In this document: one piece after another, positions 25,270-40,081 of the stretch
Layout of the letters: the number at the start of each line of letters is the position of its first letter
How positions within the stretch are numbered: the stretch's first letter is position 1
Origin: Bugula neritina
Taxonomy: Eukaryota > Animalia > Bryozoa
Length of the DNA stretch: 64,000 nucleotides
Direction: 5' to 3'
Assembly (NCBI GenBank): GCA_964035545.1
Contig: OZ037769.1
Coordinates: forward strand, 10,880,633-10,944,632
Notes under the pieces: generated by a model
Told to the model about the DNA's origin: nothing
The model's database searches: none
What the model saw: only the letters and a program-made list of their open reading frames with translations
Translations under genes and position numbers: made by a program

Positions 25270-28200
25270 TTATAAAGCTGGTATAGTACGTTTAATATTT
25301 CCATTGATCAGCCTTTGTTCAAGATCAGGATATGGGATAGGCTGAGATTCTTCCAGTGTAAGCTTGTCCTTTACTCGGTAGGCCCAAAACAATATGGCAT
25401 CCACCCGAGTTTCCTCTATCTCGGGGTCTGCAAGGGTGATCGCTCGCTGCAGCTCATCGTAAGATACTTTTCTACAAAGCGTGATGAAAGACATCAATGT
25501 GATGCATCAACACGGCTCAACTATGCATGCATGCTTACCATTTCATATTAGTTGTCAACATGAAGTATGTATTACATTATAATGCAATATGTGTATGCAT
25601 TTTGAATATGAGTAAAGTGGTAACATCTTTCTATCACATATCTCTTCACAGCTCTTATGTTGTAACTCTGGGATGGACAACTCTCAAAAAGCAGTAACCT
25701 TCACAATAGTCAATATTATCATAATCACAGTTTTCTCCACATATAAGGCAGGCAAATAATATGACTTGAGCTAGAACTATATGGTTTTAGAGAGTTATCC
25801 CTTCTTGCGAAATGATCAGCCGAGTGTTAAAATAGTCTGGGTATGTTATAAAGCCTTTACTTGATTTGGAGTCACTGCTACCATCTCGTTTTTTACATAC
25901 ATACACATACACCCTACTCATGCTGTAAGTAAAGCCTTGCACATCACCCTGAAATATAGACTTACTTTGTATCTACTTCCTTCATTATATCAGAGACATA
26001 GTTCAGTTTCTCTTTTTCTAATTGTCTTTTCACTTCATCGACAAAAGCACCAAATTTTCCTTCTTCATCCTGATTAATGTATATTATAATAGAAATGACT
26101 GGAACAGCTGGTAAGTTGAGGTCGTATTGCAGTTTATAGTTAACTAACTCAGCTTGGACAAAATTCATTTTAGCTATCTCCATTCTCTATTTACACACTT
26201 CTACTAACGTGAACAAATTGGCTTATATAGATGACTTTTGAACAGCATAACATAACTATTACTACGCATGTTCATGTCTGTAGCAGATAGTTCATACCTC
26301 AATAAAGAGATCAGCATAAGTGAAGCTCTCACTAGCTTCTGTGATATTACTCTCCTGCTCAGCTGCTCGAACCAACTGCTCAACATCTGCTTCATCCTTA
26401 TCCTCAAAGAAGTCGGAGAGAGCAAGTTTGAACATGTCTCGAGACAGAACATCTGGTAGAATAAAGACAACATCTATGTAAGGTGGTAGCATACGCCAGA
26501 TATGAAGATACCATGTCAACTTAGCATTAGTAGTGTTCACTCTTTGGAGTTCATATAAATACAAGCAGATATAATTACATTTGCTACAATTCACAATTTA
26601 AAATGCATAACATTTTTATTATATATGAACTTAATTAAAATATTATGTTTTTAAACTTTGGATAAAACTGATCAGTACTCAGAAATATGAAAAGCAACAC
26701 AGCTTTGTATATAGCTGGTTTACTCTCCAAGAATTTATATATTAAGAATTTATTTAATACTTGGATTCTCTTCATCTGCAGCTATTTGACGGAAGTAGCC
26801 AAGTAGTCGAGACATGAGATTCAGCTGGCCATAGTAAACCTCTTCATCAATCTGATGAAACAAATATATATATATATACATGTAGATGTCTTTGTATAGA
26901 ATCGAGCATAATTACTGTGTGTTTGTATGTGTGCACTTGCCATGTATGTATTACTAACATATTATAATATTTCATAAATGTAATACAATATGATATAGTA
27001 TAAAGTTATATAAAAAATGTGTGTGTGCATGTGTGTATTACTAATATGTTATTAGATATCATAAATGTAATACAATACGATATATGCAGTATAAAATTAT
27101 ATAGTCTGGTAGTAATAAGTTCAAAATTGATATACTATATTTAATAAAATACATATTTGCCATAGGAAATATATTAATAATTATTAGATATAATATATAA
27201 GTGACTTAGCCCAATGATTCTTGTTTAGTTGATGTAACAATATTATTGCACCATGTTACACCAACCTCATCTGTAAGTACACCAAGGAACATGGCTATCC
27301 TTTCATCATGGGAGTACCTTTGACATGAGTCATGTATGTTATAACACCACTCTACCACCATCTGGTGGAGGGGAAACTTTGTGTTTAGATACTGAACTAG
27401 GAATACTGACATGGGTATTCTCTCTGGCTTATCCGCATCTTCTGATTTCTGAAAAATATATAAAACAACAATATTTACTCTTAATCGTATCTAAGTTAAG
27501 TTGGAGGATAATTAAATTGTCTATTAATTTGATATAGAGTTCTCAACTACACAAAAATTAACTTAAATTAACTTAGACTATGAGTCATAACATAACTGTA
27601 ATGGTATATCAACATGTCCACCAATCAGGTGTTTCGCTTAATATAATGAATGATAATATAGCTTATTCAATAGACATACTGTTTCAGCATTAGCAGCGGT
27701 CTTCTCTTTCCAAACATCTTTTATTAGAATGGCTGTTTCCTTCTTGCCCAAGTGTCTGTTTCTTACTTGACCTTCATATCTGAGATATGCAGGCACATCT
27801 TCTCTATCTCCTTGCCCTTCAAAATATTCAGGGGCACCAAACTCTCCACCCGAAGCTCTGCTCAACTCTTGCAATAGAACTCCAACTAAATCATCACTTC
27901 GGACACCATCAGATAATTCTTGCCATCGCTGGATACCTAAAATTGAAAGCTTAATATAAATTCTTAAATAAATATTTGTCTATTGTGATTTCAGTACAAC
28001 GAGCTAACAAATTTAAAATTACAAACTCCTTTCCTGAAAGCAAGTCTCAATGCAATGACTATATATAATATACTTAGTGCTTTAAGCAAGCTATTCGTGC
28101 CAAACTTTTCAAATGATGTAATATAGTACTACATAAATACTATAAACAAAATTTTTTTTGTAAGCATGATTAAGCTTTAAGAAGTTTTCTCATACTATAC

Positions 28201-31200
28201 TGAAAACTGATGATGGATGTTTATTTTGTTTAGGAATTTAAGATTTTTGAGTTAACAGAAGAAAAAGGAAACTCAGCTAACCCCCAGGCACGATATCAGC
28301 ACACTTCTCCCATTCAGGTCGAGGCGTAGCAGTTTGCCGCAACCTCTCACTTTCTTGAAAGAATTCATCTCTTTGCACAATAACTTGCTTGTGAACTTCT
28401 AGCAATGTACTAAAAGCATGAATTGAGAACTTATATGATATAAACACTACACCATAATATTATTATGTATTTTAATAAACGAAGCAAATCACATTGCAAA
28501 ATAACTATATAGTTGTACAGTACTAACTCATGCTCAGTTTTTAATGTTTCTGTATCGCGATCTTTTTCATAGAAATATTTTCTTAGAGCTTCTAGTTCTT
28601 TCTGAAGTTCTTCAAAATCTCGTCTGGGTGTAACATTGGCATACTTGTCTGTCATTTCTTTTAATTTTTCCAGTGCAATTCCTTCATCGTACTTTGCTCG
28701 TCTGCATGCAGGTTACAACCAACGTGATGAGTACATGAAGTATTATGCAGTATATCTTACCGATTTACTCAACTTATAAAGTATAGTAGGTTTTTATCAA
28801 TATTACACAAGTCTTTTATAAAATTCCAATATGGCGCCCAGTTAATCATAGTATATAAAATATATATAATAAAGACAGTATGCTTAAAGTTTACTCGGTT
28901 GGGATAGAAAAAGATCGAAAAGGTGGCTGTGTACACAGAATATCACGTCAATGCACACATAAATACTGTTTTACTACTTGTAAGCTATTCAAAGAAACTC
29001 TATACTCTACAGAAAAATGATTTGTGAGGGAAGTAACAAAAGTTATACCTGAGAGCGATTTTCATCATGGTTGGATCCTCTCCAGAAGCATACTGATTGG
29101 CTGCCTGCTGCTGCATAATCAAGTCTTCTTGACGGTATCTCAACTCATTGATGTCTAAGACTAGCAACTTTCTCGCATCTGCCTGTTGTTACATAATTCA
29201 AAATATTCAACTATATTAGGTGATGGGAGGGGGGGGGGGAGGGAGAGGGTCCAATTTAAATATACGATTGTAACAATACATGTATTGCTACCATAGGCTT
29301 TGCATGTATGACAGCAGTACAGAGTGGGTGGAACGACAGAGGCTACACATGATTCAAGGTTAATTAGTCAGATATTTAATGTTTGTTGAATTAAAATATT
29401 AAATATGCAATAAGAGAAAAAATTGTATCTAGACTTTTGAATTGTGGATATTTCTGAATTATATTTTATACCTAAATAGATTTTACTGATCTGATGTGTA
29501 AACAGCCTTTAACAACAATAAACTGTGTTTAAAAAGTTTCAAGTCATTTATTTATAAAATTGTGTGACATTCTGCAAAAAGATGAGCTGATGAACCCACC
29601 TGGTCTCGGTACTTTTCATATTCATTTGACAGTTTTTCTTGTAACTCATCAACTTGATTTTGGTATTTTAGCTGCTCCATTTTCATCACTTCTATTTGAT
29701 CTTTAAGAGCCTCACTTTTTTGTTTTAGTATCAAAACTTCTACATAACATTGTATGAAAAATCTCTACATCAGTCGAACAAACATACTTTATTATGCAGA
29801 TTTGGCCACTAATATTCAGCTTAATTTTATTCTCGTGGAATTATATACTCCGTTATTTTAGAGCACAAAACATTTATTAAATTACTTTTCCAGATACACT
29901 TATAAAACTTGATGCATGCGTGGAACAAAGTCTGATGCTGTTGGTAAACTGATATATTATACAAGACCTTTAAGTAAGTACTGTTAGTAAAACATGAGAT
30001 AAATGCCGACTAACCAGGCTTGTCTTTAGAGCGGATTGCATGTAGACGCTGCTCGCACTGCTCTGTGGTTGTAATGAGAACCTGCTTGAGGGGCTCAAGT
30101 TTTCTGGTAAGTTCTCTGTTGCTAGACAACATCATTTCATACTCATTCTTAATGGCCGAGAGCAGCGGTTTATAAGTAGAGAACTCTTCCATCAAATAGT
30201 CAAACACTTCTCTGTGCGCCTGCAGCCAGAAATTAAAATGTTTATAGGCCACATTTCTATAAATAATTATATTTAAAAAGACTTCAGTGAATGTTAGAAG
30301 ATATAATGTAAACTAAACAAATGAATCTTTCAAACATTTAATAGATTTAGAAATCAACACCACTGACAGTTTTACATAAATGCAGTAATGGCTCTACCTG
30401 CAGTCTAAGTTCATTAGGCTCAACCTTCGTCACTCCGAGAGATTGTAATTCTTTTTTGAGAAAGCTTTCTAGATTATGCAAAAATTTAGGTTTAGGTGTC
30501 ATTTGCGGCTTCCCTAGCTTCTCCTCGTCCACAACTACTAGTTCTTTGTGTTTGGATAAGCCAACTTGCTTTGTACCAGACATTCCAGTAGCATGTGCTG
30601 GCCACGTATCCATGGTCCCTGATTTAGTGTCCATATATGGCTAGATGACACAATATATCATATATATGCATATGGCAGTCTCAAAACACAGCTAAACAAG
30701 GTGCTAAATAGAGCTTAGTAAATCAATCTATTTAGGCCATGAAAGCCATAACCATATGTTTAGAGCTGCATGGTGTAATGAAAGAGGCTTTTATAATAGT
30801 AGACATTATGAGTAATATATCATATCATAGCTTTACCACATATTTACACCATAATGTACTATAAAAGATATAATGCAACTAGAGTGTTACACTTACATGT
30901 ATACACTGCGTAGGCAATGCACTCTGTTTACAAAATATTTATGCAATATACAATATAAATAAAGTATTAATCTGAAATAATTTTGATTTAGTCTAAACAA
31001 CTGATGATTTTTGACAACTTTTGTATTTTTCTGCAAACATGTACTGAGCCAATGCATGCTTCTTTGAGAATATTATAAAGATTATGTCATAGAGCAAATT
31101 TATACTTCAATTGTCCACATAAAGTCTAGCTTATTAACAGTTCAATAACTTTTATACAAAATATACCAGGAAAGAAAATGTTGTAATTTAGTACAAACTT

Positions 31201-31701
31201 CTTGTTGTTTACTGTTATACTTACTGTCAAATTTATAAATTTACAACATGCTACAGTAATGCTTAAACTAGTTTACCAAGATTTAAGGAATGGATTTAAA
31301 AGTTTGTTATGATTATAATTAGATACTAAACACTTAGTTTAATAAGTAAAATAATGTTATAACAAATTAATGTTATAATAAAGCTAACCTTGAGACTGTG
31401 AGGTGAGGGGAGAACATGTTTCATGCCTTTAACAACAAAACTTGGTCCAGTCCTGAATGGATTAGTGACTGGACTATATCTGTACTTTTGTAGCTGGTCA
31501 CTGCTGTTTTCTCTATCAAATTTTAAAATTTTAATTATGATTATAATAATCTCACAAAAACTTTAACAAAGTCTCTACCAATGGTTTCTCTACATAAAGT
31601 CAAACTCACCTAGATATTGGCAATGGAGGTAACCTTGAGTTTTTGAAAGAAGTCTCGACATATTCATTACTTGAAACTGCTAGTGGAGCGGCTGCATCCA
31701 T
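25270..31701 (-). CDS. TSNAXIP1: Translin-associated factor X-interacting protein 1 (~14 coding exons)
   Basis: Exons include 31701-31610 (ATG), 31512-31389, 30640-30398 (DTWPAHATG, PKPKFLHNLESFLKKEL, ELRLQ), 30219-30015 (AHREVFDYLMEEFSTYKPLLSAIKNEYE), 29739-29600, 29182-29049 (DARKLLVLDINEL, EDPTMMKIAL), 28701-28528 (VTPRRDFE), 28409-28283 (ATPRPEW), 27936-27680 (VPAYLRYEGQVRNR), and last exon 25471-25270. Motifs match TSNAXIP1. Confidence 0.9.
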
Positions 31702-32361
31702 AGTTGATAGTGATTCTAAAAATTTAAAATAAATTCAATCAATCAACCAATGTTGCTGCTCATATATTCACAAAGTGTCATTACATTATAATTTATAACT
31801 GTAAGTTACACCTGTGTGAGGAATTGATAATTTAATTTTTCACAATATAATGCTTGCCAAGATAAAAAAAAGTATTTTGCTTACTACAATAATTTTGAAA
31901 GTTTTCAATAATGCAAAAAACTTACATTCAATGGTATATATTTATGCGAGCAAGTTAATGACTGAAGTGTTTGATTAGTACTGAAAAAAAGGGGGAAAGA
32001 TCTTGAAGCTGAAGGATTCTTGAAAACTGCTTTGACAATCACTAACGTAAAGCATAACCGACTGTCGTAACGATGTCTGGTTTGCACTGCAGATTGTAAT
32101 GTAATGGTCATAAACACTATATATAATCATATGCGGGCCAAACTATAGAATTTTACAACCTGAAACTGTTTTCGGACTAACTCACTGTAGCCTTAGTTTC
32201 TATATTGCTTAATGTGGAAGCTGTTCTGAAACCCTTCGTTTTTGAAAGCATGAGAGTGTGGCAAGAAATTCGTGTTTAAAAAATGAAAGTGCGCGACAAT
32301 TAAAAACTTTTATAATCACTTCAATTAGTTTTTGACGTTAGAAAACACTCAAAATCTAGTA
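31702..32361. promoter_or_regulatory. Bidirectional promoter region between TSNAXIP1 and RMI1
   Basis: Divergent ATGs 660 bp apart with local CpG enrichment (~32040-32340). A likely non-coding TSNAXIP1 first exon has a minus-strand GTGAGT donor near 32185 and an acceptor near 31716. Confidence 0.6.
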
Positions 32362-35300
32362 ATGACTGAGTTAAATCATTCAGTTTATTCAATCTACAAA
32401 TGGCTATTGTCTAGACACATTAAAGTGCCTCTAGAATGGGTACAAGAGTGTGTTAGCTTTCTTGTTTCTGAGGTGAGCCACTTTGACTTTGACTTTGAGT
32501 TCGACATTCAATGATTCACTTTCAGACTGAAACTCATCATCATGAATCATGTCCATAGTTTGAGTTACAGTGTGCATGAACCACATTCACACTGTGGCTG
32601 ACACTTGTCTTTGAAATGAATTTGACAGTCACACATTCACTTTAACATTAAGTTTATTTATAAAAATTTTGCATTTAAATTTAATTTAGGATTTGATAAT
32701 TTTATTCTTAAAGTCGATATTCTATTTCTTACATTTACAGTCTCAATACAGTTTCAGTTTGAGTTGCTATCAGTATCATTATCAACTATAATTAGTAGAC
32801 TGATTTATTATTAGTCTTACATATTTATGAGTAGAAAGTTATTTTTGTTTTAATTTTGACTTAACTTTAAGTTTAAATTGCAATTGAGGCACATTAAATT
32901 TACTAAAGTTAATGCTCTGACTTATAAATTCAAATAGAGTAAGATTTAGATGAACAACTGAGTATGTTTGCTCTGAATCTGGGTGCAGATGAACTTAGTT
33001 TTTATAGTGTTCATTCTTATTCTAAGTATCTTTATCCACTAATAAATTGTTAGTAATTTACCTGTCTTCTTTTTAATTTTTATTATCTTTTTTCTTCATC
33101 TCTCTCGCTTCCTTCTATGTTTTCTAATGCTACTTGCAAGTATTCAAGTGCTGCTTGAATATACAGTCTTGTTTGACACTTGCTAGGGCATTTCTCAGGA
33201 GCTGATGTGTGACTCAGTGTATGAACAGTGGTTGGTCAGTGATGTGAAAACTTTACAAGAGGGTGTTATTAACTTCAACACAGACATGAAGGAACTGAAA
33301 AACGAAGTCTTTGCTCTTCAGGTTAGCTGGGATGTCTAAAATATAGTTTCCATTACTTCAGTCCAACAGCTTCTCTGCTGTTTAGGCTTTGAAGCAGTGA
33401 TACAGTCTAAACTCTAAACTAATATATTTATGTCTCTCAATCATTATGTGTTCTGCATTTTATTCACTCATATTTGTATTGACTTTCATTGTAGATGAAT
33501 TATGCAATAGATATTAGCAAATCCAGATTCAGTCAACTGAGAGCTCTGCTGGGGGTAAATGATGGTAACACAGATGTACAGGCATTTGAGGACCCTAATA
33601 CGAAAGTGAGGCATGGTTTTGCACATAATATAAATTAATGTTGTTACATTTTACATTTTATAAATAAGCTTTAAGTTTAATCAGCAATTATGTATGCTTA
33701 GACATTTGTTTAACTAATAGTATCTGTTCAGTTCATGTTTTGTAAAAAAATTTTGTTGTCGTAATTTTTGCTTTAGTTTGTTTAGTCTACGTTTTTTGTG
33801 TATCCACCATAAATATTGTAAAATTAAAGTTGTTATATTGCTCTGTGAGATTTGCTGTTAAAGCGCTCTGTGAGACTGATTGTGCTAATTTATAATCTAG
33901 TGGGAGCCAAAGCCCTCCAGATGCCTGCTGCTGGAGCTGACAGACGGAGTTCAACAGGTCAAGGGCATTGAAGTAGAGCCTCTCTGTGAGTTATCAACTG
34001 CGTTAGAGTGTGGGACAAAGGTAGGGGCATCTATAGTAAACACAGTAATAGTGGGAGCATCCTGACTCTGAGGCTAATCACTACATGGTTATCACTTTGA
34101 GCATTTATTCAGACTAAATTTTAATTAGTTATGAAATTTAGAAATATAAGTGTTTGTAAAAAAAATTTGCTAAAACAATATTCTTCTGAGCATTCACGCT
34201 AAACAATCAAAGCACCATCATCAAAGGTAAAATGTTTGGTAGTGGCTCGTTCACTTGTTTGGAATAACAGATCAGAAAAATGTTTCACTAATTTTTCTCT
34301 TTTTCAGATTTTTTTTGGCTAAGATTTTTTTGTTTAAACTCAGCTAGCAAGCTTCTCAAATTTAGAGAATACGTTGTAGAAATTATCTCTCTTGTGTAAT
34401 TAGGGTTTTACAGCATCACAACTTGCTTTTATTTATTATGTTTTATGTTAATCTTCCTAAACATCTCAAACAATAATTTCACACATACAACTGCTTCTTA
34501 TATTAATGCTTTATGTTTTTCTTATTTGACTGTTTGAGAAGTTATAAAATTCAGTTTTCTGGAGAAGAGACTTGCTGTTTTGATATCATATGCCATTTTG
34601 TAGTTAGGGTCTAAATATAGTGGTAAAAGTAAAGTTGGGTTTGCATGAATAGAAAGTGAAAAGGTAAATAAAAGGATGTTTCAGGTTCTATACACACTGC
34701 AGTGTCCAAATAAAAGTAACATAGTAAGCTATAGCCTTTGATCTTGTACTTTAGGTACTGATTAAGGGGCCTATAAAATGTGTCCGGGGTTGTTTGTTAT
34801 TGAGAAAGAACTGTATATCTATACTCGGAGGACATGTAGATGAGCTGGTTGAAAGATACAGCCAACCCTCTGTATTAAAGAGCCTGCTGTGAGTATATAG
34901 TCATGCTTTACTTGCATACTCTACCCTGTGGAGAGTTGAAACACTCAGTATTAGTGTGTTGTGCCGAACAGTTTGCAGTCACTAACGATACATACATTGA
35001 AGTCACTGCATGACTTTTATACACAAAAGGGGGCCACTGAAAACAGTTCTGCATTTATTGGCTTTGCAATCATCACTGTTGATTAAAAACATTTCAAATG
35101 GAGAAAAAATTGTTGGTCAGGGAGAGTTAGTCTTCAAGGTGCTGGATTGACTATCTAAGCTAATCAGCTGATATAACATCCATTAATAATGACTACTTCA
35201 ACAAGACACTAAAGCTGATTTCACAGCCATAGTTTTGAAGCATAAAAAGTAATATTTCCATGTTTTGAGAGTTTTCCAAATTAGTTGACGATTATTTGAT

Positions 35301-38300
35301 GCACCATTAGTAATGACTAACCACTCATTTTTCATTCTTGCTAATGCTATGTGTAAATACTATTTCACACCTTTTAGTGACAACGTTGCTGCTAATCAAC
35401 ACAGAGAGCTTTGCTCAAAATCCTTTCCTAATGCTGGAAAAATTAAAGGTAAGTATACTGTTCAGTAGCCAATGTATTTTACACTGTGCACATCTCTATG
35501 GTCGTAGAACTGTTTAGATGACATGCTACAGTTTACCAGGCATGACCATAAAGGCATTATTTTGTTCCATCCTGGTGAAGATTACAATATTTCAAGCTTT
35601 ACACTATCTGATCTTATTTGAATATTTCTCTTTCTCTCCTTTGGTAACTTGTTTTAGCCACATTTCTCACATCTTTATCCCCTTTTTCCACCGCAGGCTA
35701 CCAAACTCCTGGAGTTGTCCTTTCAACATTTATTTAAAATTGTAACATAGTATTACTTCTAATGTCATCTTTGTAACCAGGTTTTCACTGCTAGTACTAT
35801 ATTATATACAGTCTTAGTATACACTGTTGCAATGGGTCTGTCATACACTGTGTATTTGAGCAATTCAAACTGTGGAATACTAATAAACACACCTTTTTAA
35901 AACTACTATTACTTACAGTATGACTTATTTTATTTAAATTATCCCCATATAATGTGTCTGGAGTTCATTATTTCTAGTACACTACTCAGATACTCAGGTA
36001 GATAAGGTATCAACTATAACACAGTATAATGCACACATTTGACATTTATTTTTAAATTAGAACTTTGAATATAGTAAGTTTACAATTTATGATATAACTA
36101 AAGTTGTAGGGGGTTATAACCCCCTCAAGTTGGGATATTTATATGAAAACTATAACTGATATCATGTTGTCAATGTGAACCAGCATCAGCAGTAGCTCTT
36201 AGAAAAGTCAAATTTATGTCTTTAAATTCCATACATCTTTTAATTAATGGCAAAATTTTGTAGGTGCTAAAGCTGATATAAAACCCAAAAGCTTAACTGA
36301 CATTAAACAAGCACCTTCTCAAGCTGCTCGTAATCTAGACTGTGTGACTGCTGCTGTTAGACGCAATGCTAATGTGATGCCATCCAGCATGGCTATTGAG
36401 TGGGATGACGGGATGAGTGAAGATGAGTTTATAGCCGAGACAAAATTTGAGCCAAAAGTCAGTAGCCCAGTTACCAAGAGTAGGACTGGTCCTATCTCAG
36501 AGCTACCTGTAAATACGGCACCAGGCTACACTAAGCCGTCTCCAGCGCCTCCTACTTCAGTGGATGTCTTTCAGTCAGCTGAGGAAGTTAATTGGTCCGA
36601 TGATGATTTTGATAGTCATGAACAGAACAATGCAGGAAAGGGTAATGCCAATTCAATATCTTCACGTGCACCCAATCTGTCATTCTCTCAGACTGCAGGT
36701 AGAACCCCTATTGTAGCAGCCGTGGACATGCACCATGAGAACCAGTCTTTCACAGAGGAGGCCTTCGAGGATGCTTTTGATGACTCAGTGGACTGGTCAG
36801 ATAACATAGACTCCCCACAGCCTAGGAGTGTGTCACATGTACCAGAACCTAGGGGAGTGTCACACGTACCAGAACCTAGGGGTGTGTCACATGTACCAGA
36901 ACCTAGGGGTGTGTCACATGTACCAGAACCTAGGGGTGTGTCACACATACCAGAACCTAGGGGTGTGTCACACAAACCAGAACCTAGGGGTGTGTCACAC
37001 ATGTCGGAGCCAACTAAATTACAACCATCAGAGAAGAATATTCAAAAATGTGAAAGTAACACAAGTGTTATTGACTTGTTATCTTCTGATGACGAAGATT
37101 TCGGCATACCATCTGAGTCCCACAATGCCAGTGTAAAGACAGCATTCAGTGCTCTCACTAAATGCTCTGATAACTCTACGATGAATAAAGCAACAGCCAA
37201 TCACAGTCATACACCTACAAACAGAGGGTCAGCCAGGATGAGCGGAGACATCGCAGCAAGTGGAGATGTTGAAACAGCCAATAGAAGGGAGAATGTTGGA
37301 GCTACAGGCAAATGCTCAGACTTTCACGCACCTCATTTCCACTACCTCAGTCAACTTCCTTCACTGCTAGAGGTTTCCAAAAGAGTTATAGTCAAAGTAA
37401 GACTAGTAATTCATGAGGTTGTTAAATTGTAAATTGCCAACTTGTGACTGTTTTAGTTCATAGCTTACTAAAATATTTTACTTAAATACACTTATGCTAA
37501 GAGGGTTGAAGATCTTTGTTTTCTTCTATTTTATGTAGGCCCACATATCAACTGTCCTAGATAAGATAGGCACTAGCAAGGATAAAAGGGAATGGACTCT
37601 TAGTGTGAGAATCAACGATGGAACAGGCTACCTTGACTGTCAGTTATCTCACCATGTATGTTTGTTGAAATAATATACATTGTGTAATATACAAGACTAT
37701 TTACCATGATACCATATATGATATATGCTAAGTAGATATATAGCATTACTTATATTACAAACACATTTGCATTCTATATACTCACATAAATTAAAGTAAA
37801 TAAACTTGTTGAAATCAGGTCATACATAATTGTTATAACTCTTCAGGTTATGTTTAAAATGGGCTCTGTTTGGACAAAATAGTTTTCTTAAATTAAATTA
37901 AAATGTGATGTGTTAGATTAAACCCAGAGCACTATTCCTCACAGTAACTATGTAGAATCTGCTGTAGCTGTCAGAAGTGTAACCCACTGTGTGGGACTTG
38001 TACATCAAATTCTTTGTTGTAAATCCCCAACTGAAACTTTGCTAACTACTAAACCGATGTAATTGAAATGCCCATTGCTATATTTTTGAACTGTTATACT
38101 GAAGTCTAAACATTAAAACTTTAATTATATAAAAATAAATAAACTATATAAATTAAATAAAACCATAGCTTTAAAAAAGAAAAGTTATATTATAATTCTC
38201 ACATATGTTAACAGTGTTTTCTAACTCTGTTGACGTTTGATTAAAGATACTTGAGTCAGCCATTGGACCAGTGAGAGAAACTATAAAGAAAAGCAACTCC

Positions 38301-39234
38301 AACCTGACTCAAAGAAGGATTATTATACAGGTGGGCGTCACAATTTTGAAACTAGTATATCTTTAGAGAATGCACTGGTCACATACATAACAAGGAAATC
38401 AGTATATAAAACCAGTTGCTAATTGTGAATTAGTAAACATTCAGAGATAAAGGACCCAATGCACTGGGTAAAACATGAATTTTGCAGTTCCAAGTGACTC
38501 ATCGCAAGCAAATTTCTGTTGGATAATGCAGAGTTACATTTAAGCTTGATTTAAATTGTTTACTTAACTGGAATCAAATTAAGAATTCAGTCAATTCTGG
38601 GCAGAAATACAAGTGCACAAATACTGGCAATAGCAATGCGATAATTAAATGACATGTTGATCAGGCAAAAGGGACTGTAAATTTTGGTTCGTTTTTGCTT
38701 ATTGTGTTTCATCTCTGGAGCGTCATTGTAGTTTAAGGACAAAAATAGAATTGTTACAGGGGAGGACAATTGTTGTCATGTCAACTTAATTATATCTGTA
38801 CAATATCTTTACAACATAGTCGTATTACATTTATAATATTTCATAGTTTGTTATGTATAGATCATACACTGTAAAGATAGACTGTTATGTGTAGATCACT
38901 CACAGTAAAGATAGATTGTTGTGTATAGATCATACACAGTAAAGATAGATTGTTGTGTATAGATCATACACAGTAAAGATAGACTGTTGTGTATAGATCA
39001 TACGCTGTAAAGCATGTTGTCTTTCTCTCGCTTTGCTCAAAAACATAACATTAGTCATCTGAATACTCCATCTTTTATCTGCAGAAGATGAAGAACTTTG
39101 GTGACTATTTGTCGTCAGTGAATGGCTTCATGGAGCTAGACCTGTCAGCACCTGCTGTGCCTACTCTAACTAACATTAGACAGCCTACGTCTGCTGATAT
39201 TACTCTCTTCCGGCAATGTCTGGCTCAAAGGTAG
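32362..39234 (+). CDS. RMI1: RecQ-mediated genome instability protein 1 (10 coding exons)
   Basis: Exons 32362-32472 (WLLSRHIKVPLEWVQECV), 33187-33321 (VYEQWLVSD), 33495-33606 (IDISKSRFSQL), 33901-34020 (WEPKPSRCLLLELTDG), 34755-34888 (GCLLLRKNCISILGGHVDEL), 35378-35448, 36264-37396 (long linker, FHYLS), 37539-37655 (WTLSVRINDGTGYLD), 38247-38330, 39085-39234. Both N- and C-terminal OB-fold motifs are present. Confidence 0.92.
36821..37009 (+). repeat. Coding 27-bp tandem repeat (7 x PRGVSHVPE) in the RMI1 linker
   Basis: Unit CCTAGGGGTGTGTCACATGTACCAGAA, in frame within the long exon. Confidence 0.93.
38848..39012. repeat. 34-bp minisatellite (~4.7 copies)
   Basis: Unit TGTATAGATCATACACAGTAAAGATAGATTGTTG, ending about 70 nt before the last RMI1 acceptor. 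Confidence 0.9.
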
Positions 39235-40081
39235 CGGTTCTTTATGAACACGTGGAATGAACAAAGAATTGAAGTTACATTTTACTGTAAGATCGTCTGT
39301 TATTAGTACCAGGAATGAATGAAGTCACATTTCACTTCAAAACCTTGATGAGGCCAAAATCACAAATTCAAAATTATATTATTGCAATTCTATAAAACAA
39401 AAACACTCTGAAAACTAATGTGGTATATTAAACTGTTTCTATTGTATGTAGTACTTTTATTCAATCAAAGTTTAATTTATTTTTTGATACTGGTTTTTAT
39501 TTAATGCTGTTGGTAGACATTTATGTTACCTTTGTTTATTTCAATAAACAGTTTATTTGACTTCTCAACTATTTGTACCTTAGTGTTAAAATTAGGTATT
39601 TCGGACAAGTAAAATACACTGCAACAATATAGTGAAACTGCTGGTGCTAGTTCTCAATTGTTAGTTGCCTGTAGTTGTGTTGTTTTTCAAATCTAAATTT
39701 TATGTATCATTTATAAGCTGCAATCACAATGGATAATTCAGCTAAATGTCAACAAACTCTTAATGTCTAAATCAGACATGCTCTGCTAAATTAATTTGAT
39801 GCCCATGTATTTTTCAGGCCAGGAAGTGTTTCATATCTTAGCTCTACCAGAAATTAAGCTGATAATACCCTTTATTTTGCAATTTCCAAGTATTACTCCA
39901 TTATTATAATGTTACAAAACAGAAAAAAGTTAAATGTTTATTATTTTCAAAAAGTGTCATTGTGTGAACAAGATTAATCATTGCTCAATCTTGATCTGTG
40001 TCCAGTGACCTATGGAGTTTGGTGAGAACTGGAACGGTGAGATATAGAGGGAAAACTGTAGGTGTATTTATACTCTAATAT

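Noticed and set aside
25910-25965. Extra TSNAXIP1 microexon after a TTTCAG acceptor at ~25949
   Set aside because: It would need a ~17-nt intron. The donor at 25965 joins 25471 in frame.
29224-29250. G-rich run with G-quadruplex potential (also 24338-24358)
   Set aside because: Simple homopolymer-like tracts with no further evidence of function.
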